Source: an uncultured Pseudomonadales bacterium
Lineage (GTDB): Bacteria > Patescibacteriota > Microgenomatia > UBA1400 > PJMF01
DNA length: 64,000 nucleotides
NCBI GenBank assembly: GCA_964607285.1
Contig: CAZSJW010000007.1
Location: 3,079 to 67,078 of the forward strand
Reading direction: 5' to 3'
Shown: positions 51,024-60,317 of the stretch, piece after piece
Layout of the letters: every line of letters starts with the position of its first letter
Position numbering within the stretch: the first letter of the stretch is position 1
Translations under genes and position numbers: made by a program
Notes under the pieces: generated by a model
The model's input: the letters and a program-made list of their open reading frames with translations, nothing else
Databases searched by the model: none
Told to the model about the DNA's origin: nothing

Positions 51024-52181
51024 GTGCATTTTCCAGGCAGTATAATAGCAGTTGAAAATGAAGAAAACATGAAACGAATCCAAATCGCAAGTATACCTAC
51101 AAGTGACTTACTTTCGCAAACTATTGCCGTTTTAAAATCTGGTGGTTTAATTTTGTTTCCCACAGAAACTACTTATGGCGCAGGTGTTGATGCAACCCAA
51201 CCAAAAGCTGTAAACAAGCTGCTAGCATATAAATCTCGCCGTGAGGGTAAACCCCTCTCAATTGCAGTCGCTAACCAAGAGATGGCTGAACAGTACGTAA
51301 TACTCAACGAGCAAGCACGCACACTGTACCGACAGTTTCTGCCTGGTCCACTAACTGTTATCTCTCAAGCAATTCCAGAAGCTGTCGCTCCTGGAGTTGC
51401 ATCTGAGTTTGGTAGTCTTGGCGTACGCATACCCGCATACCCCTTAATTCTTAATTTGATATCCGTGTATGGAAAACCCTTAACTGCAACCTCAGCTAAC
51501 GCGTCAGGAAAAGCTCGCCCCTATACTATTGATGGCTGTTTAGCAGACCTATCTGCCAAGCAAAGATCTCAGATTGATCTCATCCTAGATGCCGGTGAGC
51601 TACCCCCAAATCCTCCTTCAACCATTATAGATACTACGCTCAGTACTCCAGTCACGTTTCGTACAGGACAACTGCAACTCTCTGAGGATCAGTCAGCAAG
51701 CACAGAACTTACAAGCAAATCTGCTGTAGAAACACAAGGTATAGCAGGTAAATTTTTACTGAAACATTGGAACGCCATCCGCTCTTATGGCCTTCTGGTT
51801 GGACTTGATGGTAGCTTGGGGGTTGGTAAAACTGTATTTACAAAAGGCATCGCACAGTTTCTTGGTATTACTGATCGAATGACATCACCCACATACAGTT
51901 ATATTGAATCGTACGATTACTCAAGGCATGGTGTGAATGGAACACTGCATCACCTTGATCTATGGAAAGTGGGCTCTGTAGCTGAGCTAGACCGACTTGA
52001 AATTTCCCGACTTCTCCAACCAAATGATGTGGTTGTCATTGAGTGGTTTGGGTCATTTTCAAAAGAATTAGCACTGCTTGCTAAGCAAAAAAGCACACCG
52101 CTCGTACACGTAGCAATTACTGATAGAGACCTTGAGATATCACACAGACGACTCATCGTCACAGAGATACCATCATCATGA
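51024..52181 (+). CDS. fused t6A-pathway protein: N-terminal TsaC/Sua5 (YrdC domain, threonylcarbamoyl-AMP synthase) plus C-terminal TsaE (YjeE P-loop ATPase)
   Basis: YrdC-like N-terminus (ILFPTETTYGAGVDA...SANASGK). C-terminal TsaE motifs GSLGVGKTVFTKG, TSPTYSY and HLDLWKV. The ORF overlaps the start of tsaD by 4 nt. Confidence 0.75.
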   Translation: MHFPGSIIAVENEENMKRIQIASIPTSDLLSQTIAVLKSGGLILFPTETTYGAGVDATQPKAVNKLLAYKSRREGKPLSIAVANQEMAEQYVILNEQARTLYRQFLPGPLTVISQAIPEAVAPGVASEFGSLGVRIPAYPLILNLISVYGKPLTATSANASGKARPYTIDGCLADLSAKQRSQIDLILDAGELPPNPPSTIIDTTLSTPVTFRTGQLQLSEDQSASTELTSKSAVETQGIAGKFLLKHWNAIRSYGLLVGLDGSLGVGKTVFTKGIAQFLGITDRMTSPTYSYIESYDYSRHGVNGTLHHLDLWKVGSVAELDRLEISRLLQPNDVVVIEWFGSFSKELALLAKQKSTPLVHVAITDRDLEISHRRLIVTEIPSS

Positions 52182-53233
52182 AACAGCCAATACTCTTAGC
52201 AATCGACACTTCCTGTGACGATACAGCTGCTGCAGTAACACAAGGCACTGTTGTGTTATCAAATGTGATTGCATCACAAACTGAACTACATAAACCGTAT
52301 GGAGGAGTCTTCCCAACCGTTGCTAAGCAAGCCCACAGAGAAAATATCGCCCTCTGCATTCAAAAGGCTTTACAAAAAGCGGGTGTTTTGCCCAGTCAAA
52401 TTGAAGCTGTAGCAGTAACTCAAGGCCCTGGATTAGCACCCTCTCTGGAGGTTGGCATACACTATGGACAAGAGTTTGCTACAACACACCAGATACCAGT
52501 ATATGCACTCAATCACCTTGAGGGGCATCTCTTTAGTGTCCTCGCAGAGCCAAACCGAAGAATTACCGTCCCCAATAGAGAAATCAAAGTACAGTTCCCA
52601 GCAATAGGGCTAATCGTCTCTGGAGGAAACACCCTTTTTGTGAAAGTTGAAGACTTGCAGTCTTTCACCGTTTTGGGCAGCACTTTAGATGACGCTGCTG
52701 GTGAGTGCCTAGACAAAATTGGACGAATGCTCAACCTTGGTTATCCGGCAGGCCCTGTTATTGAGCAATTTGCCCGTTTGGGAAACCCTCAGCGATTCCC
52801 TTTTCCTTTGCCACTAACAACCGTTAAATCCTTTGATCTCAGCTTTTCTGGACTAAAGACATTCGCCAGAAACAAGCTAGAAACACTTGAAAAAAATGGC
52901 AGCTTAGATACACAAACTATCTATGACCTCTGCGCCGCTGCACAATCTGGAGTGTTTCGGCACATTACCTACAAACTTGAGAAGCTGCTACCTAACCAAA
53001 ACATCTCCGAGCTATGGTTAGGAGGAGGTGTTGCTGCTAATAGCACACTACGCAGAGAGTTACGAAAACTATTGAGACGTGTCTATCCAAATAAAAAAGT
53101 CCCATTACGTGTTCCATACACAAAGCGTTTATGCATGGATAATGCTGCAATGATTGGGGTGGCTGCGTACGCAAACAGTAAGAACCGTGTACATAGAACC
53201 CAAATCGATCGAGTTCCACGCCAAACACTATAA
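52178..53233 (+). CDS. tsaD: tRNA N6-adenosine threonylcarbamoyltransferase TsaD (Kae1/YgjD family)
   Basis: LAIDTSCDDTAAAV, metal-binding HLEGH and GGGVAAN motifs. Confidence 0.9.
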   Translation: MKQPILLAIDTSCDDTAAAVTQGTVVLSNVIASQTELHKPYGGVFPTVAKQAHRENIALCIQKALQKAGVLPSQIEAVAVTQGPGLAPSLEVGIHYGQEFATTHQIPVYALNHLEGHLFSVLAEPNRRITVPNREIKVQFPAIGLIVSGGNTLFVKVEDLQSFTVLGSTLDDAAGECLDKIGRMLNLGYPAGPVIEQFARLGNPQRFPFPLPLTTVKSFDLSFSGLKTFARNKLETLEKNGSLDTQTIYDLCAAAQSGVFRHITYKLEKLLPNQNISELWLGGGVAANSTLRRELRKLLRRVYPNKKVPLRVPYTKRLCMDNAAMIGVAAYANSKNRVHRTQIDRVPRQTL

Positions 53234-53247
53234 TTAAAGAAGTAAAG

Positions 53248-53685
53248 TTACTTACCTGTTACTCGTTTTAGCAAATTGGCTGCTCCAGAGAGGCCTGAAA
53301 ATGGTTGCGCCCCTGCATTAGGTGCCACTGGTGTTGACACTGCGTCAGGTGTAGATGCAGGTGTTTGTGTAGGGGCAGGTGAGTCCTGAGTGACAGTCTG
53401 TGGTGCATGCCCAGTTGCTTGATCATTCGCGATTGGCTTTCTCAGTTCCTCCAAGTCCCTGAGCAGTTGATCAAAATCAGGCGGCTCAAACTTAGGTGCA
53501 GCTGTTGGTTTTGGTGACGTAACAGAGGGTACAAAATCAGCAGTATTTGTAGCTGGTGAGTCAGCAATGACTGGAGTAGTAGACGTGCCTGTACGCATAC
53601 GAACCTCAGCGGTTACTTCATCGACCAAGGCCTCAACTAATTGTTGCATCAAAGACTGGATGCGGGCAGAATTTTTCATAGACAC
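53248..53685 (-). CDS. hypothetical Pro/Thr/Ala-rich protein
   Basis: 145-aa low-complexity ORF. Confidence 0.3.
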   Translation of the reverse strand: MSMKNSARIQSLMQQLVEALVDEVTAEVRMRTGTSTTPVIADSPATNTADFVPSVTSPKPTAAPKFEPPDFDQLLRDLEELRKPIANDQATGHAPQTVTQDSPAPTQTPASTPDAVSTPVAPNAGAQPFSGLSGAANLLKRVTGK

Positions 53686-53754
53686 TTTTCCACTTTGAAT
53701 TACATATTCAAGGTACAGTACAGTATAACAGTTAGCATACGATCCTTGTCAATC

Positions 53755-54318
53755 TCAACTAGAAAGTTCGTCTATACTGTCAAATGAAGGACGGCTTCCC
53801 CGATCATCAAAATATCTGTTCCAAACACCAAGCAGCCTCAACATAGTATGCATCTTTTCTTCTGGACCAACAATTGTAGTTTCTATTTTTGCAACACGTG
53901 CAGTTCTCTGGTCAGCAATAGAGCTACCGTTTGAAAAAAAACCATAGTATTCTTGCAACTGAGGACTCTTTTCCATACCCTTCAGTTCTAAAAGCTGTGT
54001 CACCTTATTTTGATACTGTTTCATCAAATCTTTAAATAACCGCGTTGCTTCCTCTGCTTTATTTCTATCTTTTAGTGCTTCAGCCACTTCAACCCCAAGA
54101 ATAACCTTTTTAAACGTGTCTATGTCTCTCGAGAGCGTTTTAGTTGCTTCTAGCTCTGTGAGTAGTAATTCAAAGTACTCACTTTTTTTCTCGCCTAAGA
54201 TGAAAACATCTATCACGTCTCGTGCTGAGACTGCATCACGATAATTTTTATCAACTAGTGAGTGAATTGTCGAGAGCAACACGCCTGAATTGATAAAAAA
54301 AAGCGTTGTGGGGATCAT
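53755..54318 (-). CDS. hypothetical protein (overlaps the upstream ORF by 68 nt in another frame)
   Basis: 187-aa ORF. Confidence 0.35.
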   Translation of the reverse strand: MIPTTLFFINSGVLLSTIHSLVDKNYRDAVSARDVIDVFILGEKKSEYFELLLTELEATKTLSRDIDTFKKVILGVEVAEALKDRNKAEEATRLFKDLMKQYQNKVTQLLELKGMEKSPQLQEYYGFFSNGSSIADQRTARVAKIETTIVGPEEKMHTMLRLLGVWNRYFDDRGSRPSFDSIDELSS

Positions 54319-54985
54319 CTGGCGTATCCGTACTTGGCAATTGATCCATTAACCGCTCTATATCGTCTACAGCCATATCAGCAAATCGATTACCCTCAAG
54401 ACTATCTACTACTGCTGAAGACAACATCCTCTGCATCTCAATGTCCACCTTATAATACAAAGCCAGTATCTGCCTCATGAGCAAGACAGTCTCTGACTGT
54501 TTGTTAGCCTCAGCTGCCAATACAGCTGGTTGCATAACATCAATCAATCGTTCAATCTCTGCTTGGTTTGCTTGCCCAGCGTGCACTTCTGTAACAAACT
54601 GTCTCAGCATGCGTGTAATAAAAGGTGCGACCGTAAAACCAAATTCCTGTTCAAAGCCATCAATACCTTGAGATCGTATACTTCCTGAGAAGACAGTCTC
54701 TAGTACAGACAATACTTTCTCTCTGCTAACATCAAGATCTTCACTAACTTCCTGATAGGATGCAATTTTTTCTAGAAGAACCTTTGGATTAGCAGAGGTA
54801 GCATGTTGTAGAACCTCTGTGACCAAGCTATGCAGATCTAAAGAAGCAGCACGTTCTAAGGTTACCCTAACTTCTTTTCCGATCGGTTCTTCAGTGGCTT
54901 CATGCTCTGGAACCACAGTTACTGAGCCGTTCTTTTCCATACAATTTATTTTACACCATGTATGAAGCAAAGTTAAATAGGACAA
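54251..54985 (-). CDS. hypothetical protein (possible N-terminal part of a frameshifted ~410-aa gene)
   Basis: 244-aa ORF. Confidence 0.35.
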   Translation of the reverse strand: MSYLTLLHTWCKINCMEKNGSVTVVPEHEATEEPIGKEVRVTLERAASLDLHSLVTEVLQHATSANPKVLLEKIASYQEVSEDLDVSREKVLSVLETVFSGSIRSQGIDGFEQEFGFTVAPFITRMLRQFVTEVHAGQANQAEIERLIDVMQPAVLAAEANKQSETVLLMRQILALYYKVDIEMQRMLSSAVVDSLEGNRFADMAVDDIERLMDQLPSTDTPDDPHNAFFYQFRRVALDNSLTS

Positions 54986-57168
54986 GCCCCACTCTCACAC
55001 TTGAGATGCTCATAGTCAATATCTTCTGCGAGTGCTTCATCTTTCTCTATTTCATCCAAGACCCGCATAAACTCCGATATAGTAACTGGCTGCTCTGGCT
55101 GGTACTCATAGGCAGTAGCATCTTGCTGAGGCATAACACTACAGCATTTGATTAGCCCCTGGTACTTAGACACCATATCTGCATACTCTTTGTACGAGAC
55201 TTTTTTGGGATCGTACTTCAGTGTGTATGAGACTTGGTTGCCCGTATCTTCCAAAGGCTCACCATTTTCATCTACACCGACAATCCAATACTTTTCCAGT
55301 AGCATCAACCATTTGTATTGTTCTTCTGGTGTGGCTTCTCCAGCAGTTACTAGTTCACCATTCATGCCAATTCTACAAATGAGTGGCTGGGTAGGAAAAC
55401 CAATTGCGGTTGTACCCTGATAACTTTTAAGTTCTTTTGTTGGATACCCTTTTTTCTTGTATTTTTTGACCAGTGGATCATCACTACTATATTGAACCCA
55501 CCGAATGTACTCTCGCATACTCGGTAAGTGTGCACCTTCTGTAAGGGCGAATAACTTAGAAATTGTGCCTGAAGGTTTAATCGTTGTATTTGTATGTGGA
55601 ACAACCACGCCCAATTTTTTTGAGTAGCTTTCAGCTTCCTCTACTACAGCACGCTTGAAACGCGCTAAAGTCATCCAAAAATCCTTAGACTTCTCCTCGT
55701 CAATTAAGTCTCTGAACGAAAAGCCGAACATATTCCAAGCGAACTCATGGATACCAGTCATACCAACACCTATGCGATTAGTCCGTTTGACTTCTCGATT
55801 GTACAAAGAGTCCATTGTGTTCACTCGAATGAGTGCTCTGGTGACTGCCCTGTACGCTTCCTCCGCATCGTCAACTGTTGGACAAAAGTAGGGCACTACA
55901 TCTGCAATTACACAGTATCCACCCAACATATTCAAAGAAATTTCACCACAGGGGTTAGGAATTTGGGAGTACACCTTTGCTCCAGCATTGCGCGCAATCT
56001 TTGCTAGCATCTTGACTGTACGCTCCATCGGTTTGTATTTTGCACTTTCAGCATAGTGACCATCTTGATAACCGTCGTAACCCTCATCATTTTGTACCAG
56101 ACGATGCTGATTTATAAATCCAGGCTCGCCTGTACCATCTTCATAAGAGGCCTTCATGATGAGCTGTAAGACTTTTTTAGCATGGCTATTTTTTTGTTTC
56201 CAGAATTTATCATCTACAGAAATTGAGTTATTTGCACTCCATAAAAATCCACCACGTTTTATAGATATAAAGTCGAAAATTTCTGGATCTGTCCATACTT
56301 TGGTTGCAATACGAGCACTTCTGCGCGCACCACCCACCAGCACACATTCAGCCAAATAGTGGTCAGCAAATAATGCCTGTTTCCAAGGAGACATATCGGC
56401 ACCCTTGATAGTTGCTAACTTCTCAATTGCATTCATCAATGGCTTAGGACCAGATGAAGGACGGTTTTGCATACCTTTAATTGGGCTGCCCTTTGGTCTA
56501 ACATCAGAAAAATCTAAGATAAGCAAATCGTCTTTATACTTCTTCTCATAAGCCATTACTTCAATCATCTCAACAGCCTGAGCCCAACCTTCACGACTAT
56601 CTGGTACTGTGAACCAGTGAATCCCTCGGCCTTCACCATACTTATGCTTAGCATCTCGAACACTTTCATCAAAGCCCCAGACAAAATCTGGGTGAGTATC
56701 AGAGATCACTAATCGAACGTTTGGCATGAAATCCCAATCAACTAAACACATATCATCATCATATGGTCTACCCACTCCTGAACCATTCATAAGCAGGTAA
56801 AATAAAATGTATGATGAAGAGGCAGTTGAACAATTGGTAAACACTTCCATGTTTCGACTAGACTGGGTTTCATCTCCATGTTGCAAATGCCGACCTGACA
56901 TTAAGACTGAGCCATTGCTAATATGCTTCTTGAGTAATTCAAACTCTGCTTTGCGATGAGCACTCTCTGATTTAGGCGCCAAACTAGTATTCCCAATTGC
57001 TACCCGTTCAGCCACCTCGGGCCACGTCTCCCATCGCTCCTTTTTAGTTTCTTTGTCGATGACTTGGCGCAAATAAGTACGTCTTGCTACAGCGATACCC
57101 ATTCCTTTATCAAGACTACGCTCTACGAATCGCATGCGTTTTTTAGGAAGTGTTGCTGCAGGTGCCAT
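54973..57168 (-). CDS. nrdJ: class II (adenosylcobalamin-dependent) ribonucleotide reductase NrdJ
   Basis: Active-site NPCGEISL, TIKPSGTIS, and the C-terminal redox pair CESGAC. 731 aa. Confidence 0.85.
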   Translation of the reverse strand: MAPAATLPKKRMRFVERSLDKGMGIAVARRTYLRQVIDKETKKERWETWPEVAERVAIGNTSLAPKSESAHRKAEFELLKKHISNGSVLMSGRHLQHGDETQSSRNMEVFTNCSTASSSYILFYLLMNGSGVGRPYDDDMCLVDWDFMPNVRLVISDTHPDFVWGFDESVRDAKHKYGEGRGIHWFTVPDSREGWAQAVEMIEVMAYEKKYKDDLLILDFSDVRPKGSPIKGMQNRPSSGPKPLMNAIEKLATIKGADMSPWKQALFADHYLAECVLVGGARRSARIATKVWTDPEIFDFISIKRGGFLWSANNSISVDDKFWKQKNSHAKKVLQLIMKASYEDGTGEPGFINQHRLVQNDEGYDGYQDGHYAESAKYKPMERTVKMLAKIARNAGAKVYSQIPNPCGEISLNMLGGYCVIADVVPYFCPTVDDAEEAYRAVTRALIRVNTMDSLYNREVKRTNRIGVGMTGIHEFAWNMFGFSFRDLIDEEKSKDFWMTLARFKRAVVEEAESYSKKLGVVVPHTNTTIKPSGTISKLFALTEGAHLPSMREYIRWVQYSSDDPLVKKYKKKGYPTKELKSYQGTTAIGFPTQPLICRIGMNGELVTAGEATPEEQYKWLMLLEKYWIVGVDENGEPLEDTGNQVSYTLKYDPKKVSYKEYADMVSKYQGLIKCCSVMPQQDATAYEYQPEQPVTISEFMRVLDEIEKDEALAEDIDYEHLKCESGACPI

Positions 57169-57177
57169 GTGTATCCT

Positions 57178-57639
57178 TTAGTTTTCTGTCAGCAAGCGAG
57201 CAATCTCTGATTGAAAGTCTTCGACAGACTCAAAATCGCGATAAACGCTTGCGAATAATAAATACGAAAGCTTATCCAGCTTTTTTAGGCGATTAATAAC
57301 TAAATTACCAACCTCCCAGCTTTTGACTTCTTTTGAATCTTTGAGACGAAGCTTGCGTTCTATCTCATCTACTAGCTCGTCTATATCTGCCATGGAAACT
57401 GGTCTCTTCCATGTAGCCTTGACGATACCGCGCCTCAACTTTTCTCTACTGAAGTCTTCTCTCGTTCCATCTTTTTTAATGACTTTCAAATCAATACCTT
57501 CAATACGCTCATAGGTAGTAAAACGCTTGGCACAACTGCCACACACTCTGCGGCGACGAATGGATGATTGCTCATCGCACTCTCGTGAGTCGATCACATT
57601 ACTGTCTGCTTTACTACAATAAGGGCACTTCATCAACAA
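57178..57639 (-). CDS. nrdR: transcriptional repressor NrdR (zinc ribbon plus ATP-cone)
   Basis: MKCPYCS...C-x-x-C zinc ribbon followed by an ATP-cone. Lies directly upstream of nrdJ. Confidence 0.9.
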   Translation of the reverse strand: MLMKCPYCSKADSNVIDSRECDEQSSIRRRRVCGSCAKRFTTYERIEGIDLKVIKKDGTREDFSREKLRRGIVKATWKRPVSMADIDELVDEIERKLRLKDSKEVKSWEVGNLVINRLKKLDKLSYLLFASVYRDFESVEDFQSEIARLLTEN

Positions 57640-57667
57640 TGCTTTCTTCCCTCAACAGCTTGTGCTA

Positions 57668-57697
57668 AATACACATCTATAACACAACATGTTGTGG
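57668..57697 (-). promoter_or_regulatory. NrdR-box-like palindrome upstream of nrdR
   Basis: ACACAACATGTTGTGG matches the consensus acaCwAtATaTwGtgt at 13 of 16 positions. A partial ACACATCTATAACACA repeat overlaps it just upstream. Confidence 0.4.
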
Positions 57698-57769
57698 TTT
57701 TCCCTTTTGCGGACATTTAGAATCTCATGGGTAACGGAGAGGTGTCAATTAGCGGAAACTATATCAAAT

Positions 57770-58315
57770 TCATTCATGAACAGATTCTGCAAGCTGCTTC
57801 TCGAGTACTGCATTTTCAGCGATTAGTGCATTGATCACTGCCACTTGCTCATCGGTAAATTCAGGGGAAAGCTCGCTAATCTTCTTTGCGTGAAATCCAA
57901 TTTCTTCCATGATGCGCACCCTAATAGCTCCCTGTAATTGATGTTCAAGAACAGTGTGAGCGACTGAGAGCAAGTATTTTTGGGATTTTGTGAGTGTAGA
58001 CAATGCTAGTTCAGTATTGCCTCTTTCTAAAAGCTGTTTGGTATATCCTAGTCGTCGCTCGGCATACTGAATTTTTACATACAGCTGCTCGTGTTCATCT
58101 GCCATTTCCAACTCAATACGATCAGATGCCATAATCAGCGGATACAAAACGTGATCGGGAAGGATTTCATCGTGCACATATAAAGTTCGATCACTCATCC
58201 TGCCACCATCACTTGACTCAACAGCACCAGCAGTGACTAGTGAAACGCCTACTATACTCAATCCAAAGGTTAGTGCCACCGCGGACGCGCCAAGCCGAAG
58301 AAATCGAATACTCAT
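57770..58315 (-). CDS. hypothetical secreted/membrane-anchored protein
   Basis: N-terminal signal/TM segment (LGASAVALTFGLSIVGVSLV). Confidence 0.4.
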   Translation of the reverse strand: MSIRFLRLGASAVALTFGLSIVGVSLVTAGAVESSDGGRMSDRTLYVHDEILPDHVLYPLIMASDRIELEMADEHEQLYVKIQYAERRLGYTKQLLERGNTELALSTLTKSQKYLLSVAHTVLEHQLQGAIRVRIMEEIGFHAKKISELSPEFTDEQVAVINALIAENAVLEKQLAESVHE

Positions 58316-58341
58316 ATTTTTTTGATCCTAGACTGTGCACT

Positions 58342-59016
58342 CTACCATGCATGGACGAGCAAGACCATCCCCCAGATTGCATGAGAGAGCACAAGCGCGT
58401 ATGCATTGCGACGAGCGGCAAATAGAAAGCCTTGCCCGATTGCAAATAAGAATAATATAAATATTTGCCCCCCTACCGCAGCAGTGTCAAACCGTAAGAT
58501 AGTATTGGGGATATGGAAAACCAGAAATATTACGGCTGTCAATAACACTTGGGTGACCATTGGCCAATTCTTAAACTTTTCTATTATTACTGTGAGAGCG
58601 AAACTAAAAAAGAGTAGTGTTTCCCAAAAACCTGTCAATAACGCCAAGAGAAACTCGCGCCAAAACTCCTGAGATTCAAACAACCATACTGCCTGAACCA
58701 CTCCACCTCTCTGCATCAGAGAAAGAATCGACATTACAAAGCCGAATATGCCACCAACTGCCACACCAAGCAATAAACCAGGCTTGAGTTTGGGTAGCGA
58801 GAATGAGTCAGGAATAGAAAGTGTCGCGGTAGTGGTGACATATAGCCAAACAGGAAATCCAAAAAAAACAGCCTTGCCTACTGTTTCATCAAACCATACG
58901 GGGAAATTGAACAGCAATCTATATACAAACCAACTTACCAGTATCGCAGCCAATACTGGGAAAAACGCTACATGGCTACTTAGGTAACGTGCTGGTTTAT
59001 TGCTTGATGACGGCAT
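58342..59016 (-). CDS. polytopic membrane protein, possibly a CPBP (CAAX protease / Abi) family member with a degenerate motif 1
   Basis: FWETLLFF (E-E-x3-R-like motif lacking Arg), LVFHIPN (F-x3-H) and HAIWG motifs across six TM helices. Confidence 0.35.
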   Translation of the reverse strand: MPSSSNKPARYLSSHVAFFPVLAAILVSWFVYRLLFNFPVWFDETVGKAVFFGFPVWLYVTTTATLSIPDSFSLPKLKPGLLLGVAVGGIFGFVMSILSLMQRGGVVQAVWLFESQEFWREFLLALLTGFWETLLFFSFALTVIIEKFKNWPMVTQVLLTAVIFLVFHIPNTILRFDTAAVGGQIFILFLFAIGQGFLFAARRNAYALVLSHAIWGMVLLVHAW

Positions 59017-59632
59017 TCAGTACAATCTCCAGTGACTCGTATTGGTTCAACTTATACGTATCAATAACAATATCGTATAGTCCTGGAAGCCAAAAATCAA
59101 TTGGCTCATTTGCAGGTACTGTTCCTGGAGACACAACCCACTCATTCCATTCAGCTGCATACATGCGCTGCCACTTCTTTAAATTGGACTGATATCGATC
59201 CAACATGTTTTGCTTAGCCGCTTCAACAGAGACATTATCTCTATTGATTATGCGATCAACCCGTACGGAATCATCACTACACTGCATTAAGATTTTAAGT
59301 GACCCAGGAACCTGTTGAGCCAAAAAACCTGAGAGCCACGACTCCAAAATCCAATTCTCCTCCTCCCTCAATTTTTGTCGCATACCCATATCTACTTCAC
59401 GATCAAAGTCATCAGAATACACAGTTGCTGCGTGATGGTGTCCAGAGTTTGCATCGAAAAGACCTTTTTCTACAGCGTAGGCTCGCATAAACTCACCGCC
59501 ACTGAAACCTTTCCAACCAGCAAACTGCATCGTTTCGGTTTCTCTGAGTAATCGTAGCAATGTCGTAGAACCACAACCTGGTAAACCTGAGATTGTGATG
59601 TTCTTGTACGCGAATTGTGGCTCAATGTTCAT
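58997..59632 (-). CDS. cytidylate-kinase-like P-loop NTPase (internal ATG start; the track ORF extends to 59701)
   Basis: Walker A ITISGLPGCGSTTL near the N-terminus and a Cmk-like family pattern. Confidence 0.5.
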   Translation of the reverse strand: MNIEPQFAYKNITISGLPGCGSTTLLRLLRETETMQFAGWKGFSGGEFMRAYAVEKGLFDANSGHHHAATVYSDDFDREVDMGMRQKLREEENWILESWLSGFLAQQVPGSLKILMQCSDDSVRVDRIINRDNVSVEAAKQNMLDRYQSNLKKWQRMYAAEWNEWVVSPGTVPANEPIDFWLPGLYDIVIDTYKLNQYESLEIVLNAVIKQ

Positions 59633-59740
59633 AGCAAACTCCTCTATGTTATTTGAAAAAGGGAATGGGGGTATTGTAACTAGTATGTCGCTGGAGAGCA
59701 AGGACAGAGCGACTTATGGTTTATTGGCAAAAACTACTGC

Positions 59741-60244
59741 TCAATCTTTGCCCAAATGATTTGTTGTCCGACAAGTCAATGCAGACTCAATTGCCTGTGA
59801 AATCTCCTCCACATATCCATATGCCTGTGCCAAACTCAACGCAGTGACAGTGGTGGGATAATAATGAAATACCCGATTACGACACTCAAGCCAAGCAGTC
59901 CATAAAGTAGTCGATAATGCGTCACCACACAATTTGCTGACATCATCATACAACCACCACTCGTCACGCTGATTTTGATTAATATCGGGATTGAGTGCTC
60001 TACCTATACGAAACCTCTTGCCTTCAAATGTGGCTGTATCAATCAAACCTATACTAAGAAAAAACTCTTTTAAAAAACCTTCATATGCCTTGGCAATGGG
60101 GAAAACAACAAACGAATAATCAGACAGAGTACTACTAGAAGCTTTCTCTCGCTCATACAACATATACGCAAGTTCAACTCCACGCTGCTGCTTTGGATCA
60201 AGAGCCGAATACCAGACTTTGTCACGAAGTGCTTGAATTGTCAT
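59741..60244 (-). CDS. hypothetical protein
   Basis: 167-aa ORF. Confidence 0.35.
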   Translation of the reverse strand: MTIQALRDKVWYSALDPKQQRGVELAYMLYEREKASSSTLSDYSFVVFPIAKAYEGFLKEFFLSIGLIDTATFEGKRFRIGRALNPDINQNQRDEWWLYDDVSKLCGDALSTTLWTAWLECRNRVFHYYPTTVTALSLAQAYGYVEEISQAIESALTCRTTNHLGKD

Positions 60245-60317
60245 ACTGCCAGTATACAGCGAGCTATAACTTTGGTCGTATCCACTTTTGCAATAGGTAC
60301 ATACTCCAGCTCGCGAT

